The translations under genes and the position numbers were made by a program. A stretch of DNA of 64,000 bases from Patescibacteria group bacterium (GTDB taxonomy: Bacteria; Patescibacteriota; Microgenomatia; UBA1400; PJMF01): contig JAZQJV010000003.1 in assembly GCA_045541795.1 (NCBI GenBank), forward strand, positions 1,623-65,622, given 5' to 3'. Below the pieces are notes generated by a model. That model was not told the DNA's origin, did not search any database, and was given only the letters and a program-made list of their open reading frames with translations. Positions 17,955-26,744 of this stretch are shown piece after piece; the first letter of the stretch is position 1, and every line of letters starts with the position of its first letter.

Positions 17955-18233
17955 TCACACTGCGTAGAAACCGTGATCGCTTTTAGCGGCCCACTTTTTG
18001 TACATGTCACGGTAGTTTTGTTTGATAAAGTCTTCGATGGCTTTAATGTCTTGCTCGCTGAGCTGGCCGGCATGCTGTAAGACCGTATCACCGTTGCTTT
18101 TGACGAAAAATTTGGCAGAACCTTGTTCGCGCAAATGCTTATCACTAGCGTGCACATGCATCGCTTCCACAATGCAGTGTGAAGTAAAATATAAGTAATA
18201 GCCGCGGATCATGAATTCGTAATATTTTGGCAT
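17955..18233 (-). CDS. DUF4160-family small protein
   Basis: MPKYYEFMIRGYYLYFTSHCIVEAMHVHA matches the DUF4160 N-terminal signature. Confidence 0.5.
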   Translation of the reverse strand: MPKYYEFMIRGYYLYFTSHCIVEAMHVHASDKHLREQGSAKFFVKSNGDTVLQHAGQLSEQDIKAIEDFIKQNYRDMYKKWAAKSDHGFYAV

Positions 18234-18237
18234 TTTA

Positions 18238-18459
18238 TTATCCTAGGAATCGTTTGTTTTTGGCGTAAATATCGCCGACGATAGCAGCGGCGATGTCGTC
18301 CATGGATGTTTCAATGATTTTGTCTTGCCTGTCATAAACCAGCGCTTGATTAATATCATGCAGATTTATCACCCGGACGAGTTGGTCATCTTTGGTAAAG
18401 GCATAACCGTCTACAATCATGTCGGCGCCTTCAGCAATTGCGGCAATTTCATTTTTCAT
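18238..18459 (-). CDS. small hypothetical protein (possible DUF2442-like partner)
   Basis: 73-aa ORF immediately upstream of the DUF4160 gene on the same strand. Confidence 0.3.
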   Translation of the reverse strand: MKNEIAAIAEGADMIVDGYAFTKDDQLVRVINLHDINQALVYDRQDKIIETSMDDIAAAIVGDIYAKNKRFLG

Positions 18460-18727
18460 AAACGATGCTCACTTTCTGCAAATCTTTCAAGTATGTCTGC
18501 GGGTCAATGTATAAGCGGCGCAAAATCGGCTCGAGGTCAATGTATTCCTCTTCATCTGCCTGAGAATTATCATAGCGTGCCCGAACCACAATGTAGCCGT
18601 CGCGATCCCAACTAATCACTTTGGTGTAGCGTTGTAGATGTGGCGAGGTCATGAAACGGATCCGCCGCCCATCATAGATAAAGGAGGTATAGGTGCTGTC
18701 GCTCGTAAGTATTGCTTCTCCTGACAT
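18449..18727 (-). CDS. small hypothetical protein, DUF2442-like
   Basis: The ORF 18449..18778 is trimmed to MSGEAIL. The C-terminal ISWDRDGY...DLEPILRRLY pattern resembles DUF2442. Confidence 0.3.
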   Translation of the reverse strand: MSGEAILTSDSTYTSFIYDGRRIRFMTSPHLQRYTKVISWDRDGYIVVRARYDNSQADEEEYIDLEPILRRLYIDPQTYLKDLQKVSIVYEK

Positions 18728-18797
18728 AGATTGTGCTATTATAAATGATTTCCCCCGATTTGTCAACCGCACGCGCACATGTTATAATGATGACAGC

Positions 18798-19640
18798 ATG
18801 AAAGAGAAAGACGATTTAGAAAAAAGTGCCCTGCGGGCACGGGCGCAAGTATTGCGGATGATCCGGGTGGCGCGATCCGGACACCTAGCGGGGAGCTTGA
18901 GCGGCATCGACGTGATGACGTATTTTTATCGGCGGGTGCTAAATGTAAAACCGGATGAACCTACCTGGGACGGCCGAGACCGGTTTTTGCTCTCGGCTGG
19001 ACACGTGTGCCCAGCCTGGTATGCAGTGCTAAGTGAGCGCGGTTTCATCAATCCAGAGCAGCTTTTGACCTTGCGCCAGCTCGGCTCTCCCCTGCAAGGC
19101 CACCCGCGCCGGGACGTCGGCCTGGGCATAGAAAATAGTGCCGGCTCACTGGGGCAGGGCGTGTCGCTGGCGGCCGGGATAGCGCTGGCACTCCAGCGCG
19201 GTGGCGGCAGCCAGCGAGTTTTTGTCTATAGTAGTGACGGCGAACAAGATGAGGGTATGGTGTGGGAAGCGTACCTATTTGCCAGTCATTATCACCTTGG
19301 TAACCTCACGGTAATTATTGACGTCAACGGGATCCAGCAGTCAGGCGCCACGTGCGAGGTGCTGGATTTGGGCGATCTGAGCGGGAAACTGCGCGCCTTT
19401 GGCTGGGCGGTGGAAAAATGTGACGGTCATGATTTTAGTGATATAGAGGTAAAATATAGTAAGTTGAACAAAATAAGTGATCGGCCGCGGGCCTTGCTTT
19501 GCCGCACCATTCCCGGCAAAGGAATTTCACTGCTAGAGGCTGACGCCCACTGGCACGCCGGCCAGCCGAGTGAGGAGGGGTGGCGAGCGATTTTTGGCGA
19601 GTTGGCCGGTAAACTGGAGGCGGCGGGAGTGAGTTTATAG
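18798..19640 (+). CDS. transketolase, N-terminal (TPP-binding) subunit
   Basis: SGHLAGSLS, GHVCPAWY and the GSLGQG TPP motif. The start is 9 nt after TTATAAT. Confidence 0.85.
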   Translation: MKEKDDLEKSALRARAQVLRMIRVARSGHLAGSLSGIDVMTYFYRRVLNVKPDEPTWDGRDRFLLSAGHVCPAWYAVLSERGFINPEQLLTLRQLGSPLQGHPRRDVGLGIENSAGSLGQGVSLAAGIALALQRGGGSQRVFVYSSDGEQDEGMVWEAYLFASHYHLGNLTVIIDVNGIQQSGATCEVLDLGDLSGKLRAFGWAVEKCDGHDFSDIEVKYSKLNKISDRPRALLCRTIPGKGISLLEADAHWHAGQPSEEGWRAIFGELAGKLEAAGVSL

Positions 19641-19648
19641 GAAGATGT

Positions 19649-20605
19649 ATGCAAGCGACAAGAGATGGGTTTGGCGAGGCAATTTATGAACTGGTGGCGG
19701 CCGATAAGGATCTCGTGGTGATGACGGCGGATCTGGCCGCCAGCCTTGGGCTAGGAAAAGTCAAAAAGGATTTTCCTGACCAATTCGTAGAATGCGGGAT
19801 TTGCGAGCAAAATATGGTGAGTGTCGCCGCCGGGATCGCAATGACCGGCAAAAAAGTGGTCACTGCCGGCTTTGCCGCCTTCCATCCTGGGCGAGACTGG
19901 GATCAGATCCGGGTAAGTGTATGTGAGCAAAACCTGGATGTGAAAATCGTGGGCAGCCACGCGGGTTTGGCTACCGGGCCAGATGGCGCCACGCATCAAG
20001 CTTTAGAAGATATTGCCTTAATGAGTTGCTTGCCGCACATGCGCGTGTACGTGCCGGCAGACAGCAGCGAGGCCAAGGCATTGACGGCAGCAATGGTCAA
20101 TGAAGCAGGCCCGGGATATTTGCGCTTGTCGCGCGAGCCGAGCGAGGAAATCGCGCGAGGCAAGGCACCCATCGTACCTGGTAAAGGCCAGCTGATCCGC
20201 GAGGGTGATGACTGTGTGATCGTGGCGTGCGGATTGACAGTGGCGCTAGCACTGCAGGTGGCAGAAAACTTACAAAAGGATGCTGATCTGCACGTAGGCG
20301 TGATCAATATGTCTACACTCGTACCGCTCGACGCTGAGCTTTTGGCCGAGCAAGCGGCTAAATGCGGCAGTATAGTAAGTGTGGAAGAACATCAAGTAAT
20401 TGGCGGTTTGGGGCAGATGGTGGCCGGGCAGCTGGCGCGCCGCACGCCCTGTGTGATGGAAATGGTGGGCATAGAGGGGAAATTTGGTCAGTCTGGCAGC
20501 AGAGCACAGCTATGGGAGCAGTATGGGCTGAGTGAGGAAAACCTGCGGGAACACGTCTTGCGGGCAATTGAGCGCAAAATTAATGCCGGCCGGGTGGAAG
20601 ATTGA
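19649..20605 (+). CDS. transketolase, C-terminal (pyrimidine-binding) subunit
   Basis: 318 aa immediately after the N subunit, forming a split tkt. Confidence 0.85.
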   Translation: MQATRDGFGEAIYELVAADKDLVVMTADLAASLGLGKVKKDFPDQFVECGICEQNMVSVAAGIAMTGKKVVTAGFAAFHPGRDWDQIRVSVCEQNLDVKIVGSHAGLATGPDGATHQALEDIALMSCLPHMRVYVPADSSEAKALTAAMVNEAGPGYLRLSREPSEEIARGKAPIVPGKGQLIREGDDCVIVACGLTVALALQVAENLQKDADLHVGVINMSTLVPLDAELLAEQAAKCGSIVSVEEHQVIGGLGQMVAGQLARRTPCVMEMVGIEGKFGQSGSRAQLWEQYGLSEENLREHVLRAIERKINAGRVED

Positions 20606-20617
20606 GGGAAGTTTCTG

Positions 20618-20648
20618 GTTTTTTCGTACTGACAGTGTGAGTACAAAG
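20618..20648. repeat. 31-bp repeat GTTTTTTCGTACTGACAGTGTGAGTACAAAG containing the 19-bp palindrome GTACTGACAGTGTGAGTAC, copy 1
   Basis: Second copy at 21352..21382. Together they bracket the mazF-like gene. Confidence 0.6.
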
Positions 20649-20675
20649 GGAGAATGCGGGTGTGGAAAGTGGGTC

Positions 20676-20703
20676 TTGACGGATTGCGGTTTTGTGGTAT
20701 AAT
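20676..20703 (+). promoter_or_regulatory. promoter-like TTGACG-16-TATAAT followed 33 nt later by a hairpin; possible short antisense or sRNA transcript
   Basis: cTTGACGgattgcggttttgtggTATAAT, then the hairpin at 20736..20755. Confidence 0.3.
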
Positions 20704-20735
20704 AAGGTTGTATTTTGGAGATTTTCTCCCAATTC

Positions 20736-20755
20736 CCCCTGATGCGAGTCAGGGG
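20736..20755. terminator. hairpin CCCCTGA-tgcgag-TCAGGGG at the 3' end of the mazF-like gene
   Basis: 7-bp perfect stem, followed by tcaaattttgtc on the plus strand. Confidence 0.4.
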
Positions 20756-21162
20756 TCAAATTTTGTCTGGTAATACGACATGAATTTATCCTGCACAGTA
20801 TGTAGGTCAGTGTCGTCTATCCGTCCCAGACAGCTATACAAACGGAGAGTGCTTATAGTCCTCACTTGTAATAATGCTGCCCAGCTGGCCCGACCATGAA
20901 AATTAAACTTCACGTAAGAGCAAGTAGTTTTCTCCTGTGTCGTCAGCGGGATTACGGTACAGCTCAAGTTGTTATGCTTTTTATAAATTAGTACGGGGCG
21001 CGAGAACTTATTACTTTTGCCGTTCATTTCCACGCCGATGTTTTCACCCAGGGCACACCACCAGACTTCACCTTCATGGATTGTGGGATAATGCGGGTCG
21101 CGTGTCGCCAGCCGAGTTTTTAGCTCATACCATTGCTTTAATCTAATTTCCTTTTCTTGCAT
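20749..21162 (-). CDS. MazF/PemK-family endoribonuclease toxin-like protein, with no adjacent antitoxin ORF
   Basis: GEVWWCALGENIGVEMNGK...RPVLIY...TVIPLTTQEK follows the PemK pattern (GxIxxVxF...GxEQxGxRPxLVxS...PxTTQ). Confidence 0.55.
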   Translation of the reverse strand: MQEKEIRLKQWYELKTRLATRDPHYPTIHEGEVWWCALGENIGVEMNGKSNKFSRPVLIYKKHNNLSCTVIPLTTQEKTTCSYVKFNFHGRASWAALLQVRTISTLRLYSCLGRIDDTDLHTVQDKFMSYYQTKFDP

Positions 21163-21351
21163 TCCTCATATTATCTACACAATTCTTTCAAATTCTTTCA
21201 AATTTATGATAGATTTACGGGATTTTTTGGCAACGAAATAACGTAATTTTATGTATAAATCATGAAAAATTAGAACGGTATTTTATCGTGAGAATTGACG
21301 AGTTAAGCGCCGAAAGCGTGGCTGACAGCCGCCTATCCGTAAAGTTTCGTG

Positions 21352-21382
21352 TTTTTTTCGTACTGACAGTGTGAGTACAAAG
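21352..21382. repeat. 31-bp repeat containing the palindrome GTACTGACAGTGTGAGTAC, copy 2
   Basis: Identical to 20618..20648. Confidence 0.6.
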
Positions 21383-21564
21383 CTAGCTGCGTGAAGTTTT
21401 CGCGATTTAAATATGGATCAGCATTTTGACCGCCTGGAACATGTCTTTGATGAAGGACGCGGCGAACTTCGCCACGAAATTGAGGAACCACGACAGCGTG
21501 TGGCTGACATGATACATCACCGCTTCGCGAGCGTTTTGCTGTTTTTGGGCAATTTGGTATTCGA

Positions 21565-22836
21565 TCATGATTTACGCTTTTCTAAGGCTTCCAAGCCTGG
21601 TAATTTTTTGCCGGCTAGATATTCCAGGGCGGCAGAGCCGGCCATACTCACATAATCCACTTGATCAGTGTAGCCGAGTTTGTCCAGAGCCGCCAGGGTG
21701 TCTCCCCCACCCACCAGGGTGACGGCGCCAGTTTTGGCCACCGCGCGGGCGACTTCCCTGGTGCCGGTGGCAAAAGGCTTGCGCTCAAAAATCCCCATCG
21801 GGCCGTTCCAAAAAACGGTTTCAGCCTGGAGGATGAGTTCGCGGTAGAGTTTGGTAGTCTTCGGGCCGATATCCAGGTACATGTTTTTACCGCGTTTGGC
21901 GATTTTGTCATTGTCAGTGAGGTCGACAATTTCGGTTTGTCGGCTGTCAAAGCCGGGAGCGGCCACCACATCCACGGGATAAATAATTTTGGGCAGCGGG
22001 ATATAGCCGTCTTTGAGCAGGCGGCGAGACCGGTTATCAGTGATGATCTGGTCGGCGAGATCGACGTAATTGAGGCCGACTTTGCGCAGATCGGCGGGCG
22101 TATCTTGGAGGTAGGATTTTTGCACCGCCAAGCCCACGGCCTTGAGGAAATTGTTGGCCACGCCGCCACCGATGAGGACAGCATCCGCGATTTTGGCCAG
22201 ATTGACGATGGGGTCAATTTTGTCTGAGATTTTGGCGCCGCCCACCACCACCACAAAAGGATGAGCCGGCGTGGCCAGTAAGTGAGAAAAAGCATCCACC
22301 TCGTCTGCCAAAGCCAGGCCGGCGGCCGCCGGGAGGACACCCGGGAGGCCGTACACCGAAGCGTGAGCGCGGTGAGAGCTGGAGAAAGCATCATTGACGT
22401 AAGCGTCAGCCAGGGAGGCAAGCGTTTTCACAAAATCGGGGTCATTTTTCTTTTCGCCAGGGTAAAAACGCAAGTTTTCCAGCAAAAAAACGCTGCCAGC
22501 GGGGCTGGCGGTGATTTGCTCGCGAATGGGTGCCGGGTCTAAGTAGTCCGGGACAAAAGTAAGCGGCCAGGAAGTGGCTTTGCGCAGGTAATTAAAAACT
22601 GGTTTGAGGGAAAATTTTTTTTGATCGGGGCTTTCGGGGCGGCCAAGATGAGAGATGAGAATGACCTTACAGTTGAGCCGGAGTAAATATTCTACGGTAC
22701 GAAATGAAGCCTGGATACGGCGGGGATCGCGTACCACATAGCCGGCGCCGTTGGCGGAAAGCGGGACGTTGTAATCCACGCGGACGATGACGGTTTTGTT
22801 GGCTAGTGAGAGACTGGAAAGTTGGGTAATTGACAT
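21565..22836 (-). CDS. pgk: phosphoglycerate kinase
   Basis: VIVRVDYNVPL, the hinge GGGA region and the C-terminal ATP-binding motifs. Trimmed to MSITQL, which sits 7 nt after TGGTATCAT. Confidence 0.9.
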   Translation of the reverse strand: MSITQLSSLSLANKTVIVRVDYNVPLSANGAGYVVRDPRRIQASFRTVEYLLRLNCKVILISHLGRPESPDQKKFSLKPVFNYLRKATSWPLTFVPDYLDPAPIREQITASPAGSVFLLENLRFYPGEKKNDPDFVKTLASLADAYVNDAFSSSHRAHASVYGLPGVLPAAAGLALADEVDAFSHLLATPAHPFVVVVGGAKISDKIDPIVNLAKIADAVLIGGGVANNFLKAVGLAVQKSYLQDTPADLRKVGLNYVDLADQIITDNRSRRLLKDGYIPLPKIIYPVDVVAAPGFDSRQTEIVDLTDNDKIAKRGKNMYLDIGPKTTKLYRELILQAETVFWNGPMGIFERKPFATGTREVARAVAKTGAVTLVGGGDTLAALDKLGYTDQVDYVSMAGSAALEYLAGKKLPGLEALEKRKS

Positions 22837-22917
22837 ATATCGTATGATACCAGAATAAGCGCAAAAAAGCAAGAGGAAATGTCAATGCAGACGTTCGTGG
22901 CGACAGGGTGAACTTTT

Positions 22918-23640
22918 TTAGCCGCCGACGTTGTCAGTTTCCAGGCGTGCGGCCTCGGGAGTATTGATGGTTTCTGGAGCTTCGACTTGTGTAGTGGCAG
23001 CGTCTGGAGCTTCAATGCTTGCCTCAGGATCCACTCCGGCCGTTTGCAAAATCACTTCCACGTTGCCTGTCAAAGCAGCTTCAGCGATGAGTTGCTGTCT
23101 GCCTTTTTCTGGACCAAGTTTTTCGATCAAGTGTTGGCCACGCTTGCTCCAGTATTGCGGATCATCTGGATTGAGCCCGTCAGTGAGACCCTCTTCTCCG
23201 GCGTGCATGACGACGTCTACATTGCCGACGAGAGCGGCTTCCTTGGCGAGTTCCTCGGCTCCTTTTTGCGGGCCGTACTGGCGGAATAGTTCTTGCTGAC
23301 GGTCTACCCAGTAAGCGGCATCATTTTTGTCTGGTGTGCCAGCCGTTTCTGGTTGCTCTGCTTGCCCAGGCGAAAGGTACTCCCCATATGCTTGATCAAA
23401 ATTGCCCTGGCCGCCAAACTGTTTGCGGGCTTGATTACGGGTGAGTACCTGAGAGTTTTTGCCATCACTAAGCTCGATGTAGCCGTCACCTTTGTCAATG
23501 ATAGTGAGATTGGCGGTATCTAGTGGCACGCGCTCGACTTCCCTGGTGAGGCCGGGTTTGTTAGTTTCTTGTTCTAGCAGTTTTGCTTGATACTCACGCA
23601 AATTTTGCTCAGGGATGGTAAATGCGCCTTCTGTCAACAT
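22918..23640 (-). CDS. hypothetical protein with an internal ~35-aa duplication
   Basis: LFRQYGPQKGAEELAKEAALVGNVDVVMH is duplicated as LIEKLGPEKGRQQLIAEAALTGNVEVILQ. Confidence 0.5.
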   Translation of the reverse strand: MLTEGAFTIPEQNLREYQAKLLEQETNKPGLTREVERVPLDTANLTIIDKGDGYIELSDGKNSQVLTRNQARKQFGGQGNFDQAYGEYLSPGQAEQPETAGTPDKNDAAYWVDRQQELFRQYGPQKGAEELAKEAALVGNVDVVMHAGEEGLTDGLNPDDPQYWSKRGQHLIEKLGPEKGRQQLIAEAALTGNVEVILQTAGVDPEASIEAPDAATTQVEAPETINTPEAARLETDNVGG

Positions 23641-23748
23641 GATCTTGCCTTTCTTTATTATTTGCTATTGTGATATTACCAGAAAAAGCCGGTAAATGCA
23701 AGCGGAAATGCGGGCGGAATTATCGAGGCAGCATGATATAATAGCTTC

Positions 23749-24489
23749 ATGAAAATAGTGACTTGGAACGTAAACGGTTGGCGGGCGATTTTGCGCAAAG
23801 GTTTTGCAGCGATTTATGACGAGCTGGACGCAGATATTTTGTTGATCCAGGAAACTAAGACTAATGTGCCGCTACCCGTGGGGTTGGACGGCGTGCGGGA
23901 GCAGTGGCAATGCGGGCAACGCGCCGGCTACTCGGGGACGCTAGCACTAGTGCGTGACGGGATAGCGTATAAGCGCCTCGAGCCGCCAGACTTACTGCAA
24001 GCTGAGGGGCGGACAGTCGGCTTAGAGCTGGATGATTTTTATTTGCTGGGCACGTACTTCCCCAATGGCGGACAGGGGCCGGTAAGACTGCAATACAAGA
24101 TGGATTTTTACGCGGCGTATCTGGAATATGTAAAAGATCTAGCAGTGAGTAAGCCGGTGATTTTTGCCGGCGACGTCAATACCGCCCACCGCGAGATTGA
24201 TCTGGCGCGGCCAAAAGAAAACCGCACACACACGGGGTTTTTACCAATGGAGTGTGCGTGGCTAGATGAGGTGGAGGCGGCAGGCTGGGTAGACGTCTGG
24301 CGAGCGTACCATCCTGAGCAAGCTGCATACAGCTGGTGGGATTACAAGACGAAGGCGCGCGAGCGAGATGTAGGCTGGCGGATAGATTATTTTTGGGCGA
24401 GCCAGGCGCTCATGAGCCGGGTGACAGCGTGTGAGATTTTGGCTGGAGTGATGGGCAGCGACCACGCGCCGGTGTTGCTGGAGATATAA
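23749..24489 (+). CDS. xth: exodeoxyribonuclease III / AP endonuclease
   Basis: MKIVTWNVNG..., the WRIDY region and the SDHAPV C-terminal motif. Confidence 0.85.
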   Translation: MKIVTWNVNGWRAILRKGFAAIYDELDADILLIQETKTNVPLPVGLDGVREQWQCGQRAGYSGTLALVRDGIAYKRLEPPDLLQAEGRTVGLELDDFYLLGTYFPNGGQGPVRLQYKMDFYAAYLEYVKDLAVSKPVIFAGDVNTAHREIDLARPKENRTHTGFLPMECAWLDEVEAAGWVDVWRAYHPEQAAYSWWDYKTKARERDVGWRIDYFWASQALMSRVTACEILAGVMGSDHAPVLLEI

Positions 24490-24770
24490 AAGTGGCGATA
24501 ATTGCCAGTGAAAAGGCTTTTTGCTAGCAAAAGTGGGAAAAATTGGGGAGTTTTGCTAGTGGAAGAGGGGTTTTGTTGGCAAAAAAGGCCCGTTAGCAGC
24601 AACTGCCGACGGGCCAGGTTTTCTTTCACTTGCCGGTAAACTTACCAAACGCCATCTTGAGCCAGGAGAAATTCCAGGGCTGATGAAGCTTGTCAAGAGC
24701 CCATTTTTCTCCCTTTCGGCACCCCATAATACCTCCGGTTTACCAAAAATTGTAACTAGAACCGTTTTCC

Positions 24771-24832
24771 GTTTACAAAAGTAGGTAAAAATAGTAAGTT
24801 TTGTAAATAGAAATGGAATTTGGTTACAAAAA
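24771..24832 (+). repeat. 62-bp direct repeat, copy 1 (GTTTACAAAAGTAGGTAAAAATAGTAAGTTTTGTAAATAGAAATGGAATTTGGTTACAAAAA)
   Basis: Exact second copy at 26106..26167. The pair flanks the AAA ATPase gene and its promoter. Confidence 0.7.
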
Positions 24833-24833
24833 C

Positions 24834-24862
24834 TTGACATTTTCCCGCGGCCGTGTTATAAT
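24834..24862 (+). promoter_or_regulatory. promoter TTGACA-17-TATAAT for the AAA ATPase gene (leaderless, 7 nt to ATG)
   Basis: cTTGACAttttcccgcggccgtgtTATAATtacatatATG. Confidence 0.55.
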
Positions 24863-24869
24863 TACATAT

Positions 24870-26090
24870 ATGAAAATAATTGAAAGACATTATTTGCGTG
24901 AGCTACTAGCGGTACTGCATACTCCCGATATTAAAGTGATTACTGGCGTGCGGCGGGCGGGTAAATCCACGCTTTTGCAACAGTTGACTGAGCACATTAT
25001 CCACAATATCCCTCAGAGTAACTTGATCCATATCAACTATAATCTTCACGATTTTTATCATTTGCGCGACCACGAGTCAGCGTATGCGTATATCAGCGAG
25101 CGTCTGCGGCCCAGCCTGGAAAATTACGTATTGATTGATGAAGTACAGATGTGTGACGGCTTTGAGTGGGTGATTAACAGCTTACATGCTAGCGGCAGGT
25201 GTCACATCGTGATCACAGGCTCAAATGCCTTTCTTGAACACACTGATTTAGGCACGCTTTTTGTGGGGCGGATTTATTCTCTCCAGATGTACCCGTTTTC
25301 TTTTCGTGAATATTGCCGGTATTTTCCTCGCCTTTATATTGATGATGCTTGGGATCGATATTTGCGTGATGGCGGCTTTGCTGGTAGCTATGAGTATCCA
25401 AATAGTGAGCAAAAAAGTACTTATGTCCGTGATGTTTTCCGGACGTTAATTGTCCGTGACATCGTGGGAAAATATAAAATCAAAGATGAAGCAATGTTGC
25501 AACAACTGATTGACTTTTTAGCCGACAATATCGGCAATATCACCTCCGCCAATAAGATTGCCAACGTTTTGAATGCCTCTGGAGTGGATACCAATCACAA
25601 TACCGTCAACGCCTACCTAGACTATTTGTGCCGGAGTTTTGCCTTTTACCGGGTGCGCCGGTATGACATCAAGGGTAAGGATTATCTGCGCTCTCAAGAC
25701 AAATATTACCTAGTAGATCCAAGTTTTCGCACAGCGCGTCTAGGTAATCGTTTCCCAGATTATGGATTGGTTTTTGAAAACATCGTCGCGATAGAACTTC
25801 TGCGGCGCGGCTGGGAGTTATATGTGGGTGTGGTCAGCAGCAAAGATCTGGAAATAGATTTTGTGGCCAGAAAGGCTGACCGCGAGCTTTATATCCAAGT
25901 AAGCGATGATATATCTCGAGACGAGACGCTAAATCGGGAACTGAGTTCGCTACAAGCCGTAAAGAATAACCACCCGAAGATCATTTTGGCCCGGACGAGG
26001 GCAGACGCTGGCACGAGAGACGGCATTATCATTGCCGATCTGGCGCGCACACTCGCCAATCCCCATGCCTTTGATGAGCTAAAATTGTAA
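24870..26090 (+). CDS. AAA+ ATPase, DUF4143 family
   Basis: Walker A GVRRAGKST, Walker B VLIDEVQ, then ITGS...LGTLFVGRIYSLQMYPFSFRE (DUF4143). The ORF 24813 is trimmed to MKIIERH. Confidence 0.75.
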   Translation: MKIIERHYLRELLAVLHTPDIKVITGVRRAGKSTLLQQLTEHIIHNIPQSNLIHINYNLHDFYHLRDHESAYAYISERLRPSLENYVLIDEVQMCDGFEWVINSLHASGRCHIVITGSNAFLEHTDLGTLFVGRIYSLQMYPFSFREYCRYFPRLYIDDAWDRYLRDGGFAGSYEYPNSEQKSTYVRDVFRTLIVRDIVGKYKIKDEAMLQQLIDFLADNIGNITSANKIANVLNASGVDTNHNTVNAYLDYLCRSFAFYRVRRYDIKGKDYLRSQDKYYLVDPSFRTARLGNRFPDYGLVFENIVAIELLRRGWELYVGVVSSKDLEIDFVARKADRELYIQVSDDISRDETLNRELSSLQAVKNNHPKIILARTRADAGTRDGIIIADLARTLANPHAFDELKL

Positions 26091-26105
26091 ACAAAGACGA
26101 TTTTT

Positions 26106-26167
26106 GTTTACAAAAGTAGGTAAAAATAGTAAGTTTTGTAAATAGAAATGGAATTTGGTTACAAAAA
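26106..26167 (+). repeat. 62-bp direct repeat, copy 2
   Basis: Identical to 24771..24832. Confidence 0.7.
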
Positions 26168-26168
26168 T

Positions 26169-26194
26169 GGGGGTCTTGCTTGGACAAGACCCCC
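26169..26194. terminator. bidirectional hairpin GGGGGTCTTG-cttgga-CAAGACCCCC between the ATPase gene and ytxH-like
   Basis: 10-bp perfect stem. On the minus strand it is followed by CATTTTTGT. Confidence 0.5.
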
Positions 26195-26219
26195 TGCGGA
26201 TGCGAGCAAATTTGAAAAA

Positions 26220-26657
26220 TTAATCGATGGACTGGGCGAGCTTGCGCCATTGGGAATTGAGGTAGCGCTTGATTTTTTCCAGATCATCATCCTCATAGCG
26301 GTTGAAGGATTGGAGTTTTTCTACGACGTTGTCTACCATTTCTTGATAGGCTTTTTTGTCGATTTTATCCAAAGATTTTTCAAAGGTGTGGACTTGTTGC
26401 TCCCAGAGCTTGCGAGCGTCTTCATAAAGGGACGTGGTAATAGCAGAAACCTCACCAAAAATATCATACACTCGGTCAGCGATCGCTTCGCGCTCGGCAT
26501 CGAGGTAATCGTTAAATTCTTCCCATTTGTCACTCAGCAGACGGCGATTGGCCCGGCCAGAGCGCGGCGAAAGAAAAAACATTGCTGTAGCGCCGGCAAT
26601 ACCACCCAAAGCTAAACCCGCAAGAGCTGGCCAAAATCCACTTTGTCTTTCACTCAT
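26220..26657 (-). CDS. YtxH-domain protein
   Basis: The N-terminus GFWPALAGLALGGIAGATAMFFLSPRSGRANRRLL matches the YtxH glycine-zipper segment. Confidence 0.55.
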   Translation of the reverse strand: MSERQSGFWPALAGLALGGIAGATAMFFLSPRSGRANRRLLSDKWEEFNDYLDAEREAIADRVYDIFGEVSAITTSLYEDARKLWEQQVHTFEKSLDKIDKKAYQEMVDNVVEKLQSFNRYEDDDLEKIKRYLNSQWRKLAQSID

Positions 26658-26744
26658 ATTGCCTTTCTAGTTACTTGTTTTTTTCACAATTTGTGGTATC
26701 ATTGTACCATATTGGTGAAAAATGTCAATAAGAAGAAATGAGCT

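Noticed and set aside
21661-22421. Long ORFs antisense to or overlapping pgk (188 aa plus strand, 257 aa minus-strand alternative frame)
   Set aside because: pgk is unambiguous in its own frame. The others are overlapping-frame artefacts.
24556-24840. Minus-strand ORFs 24556-24840 and 26029-26250 sharing the peptide FCNQIPFLFTKLTIFTYFCK
   Set aside because: The shared peptide is just the translation of the 62-bp direct repeat, not evidence of paralogous genes.
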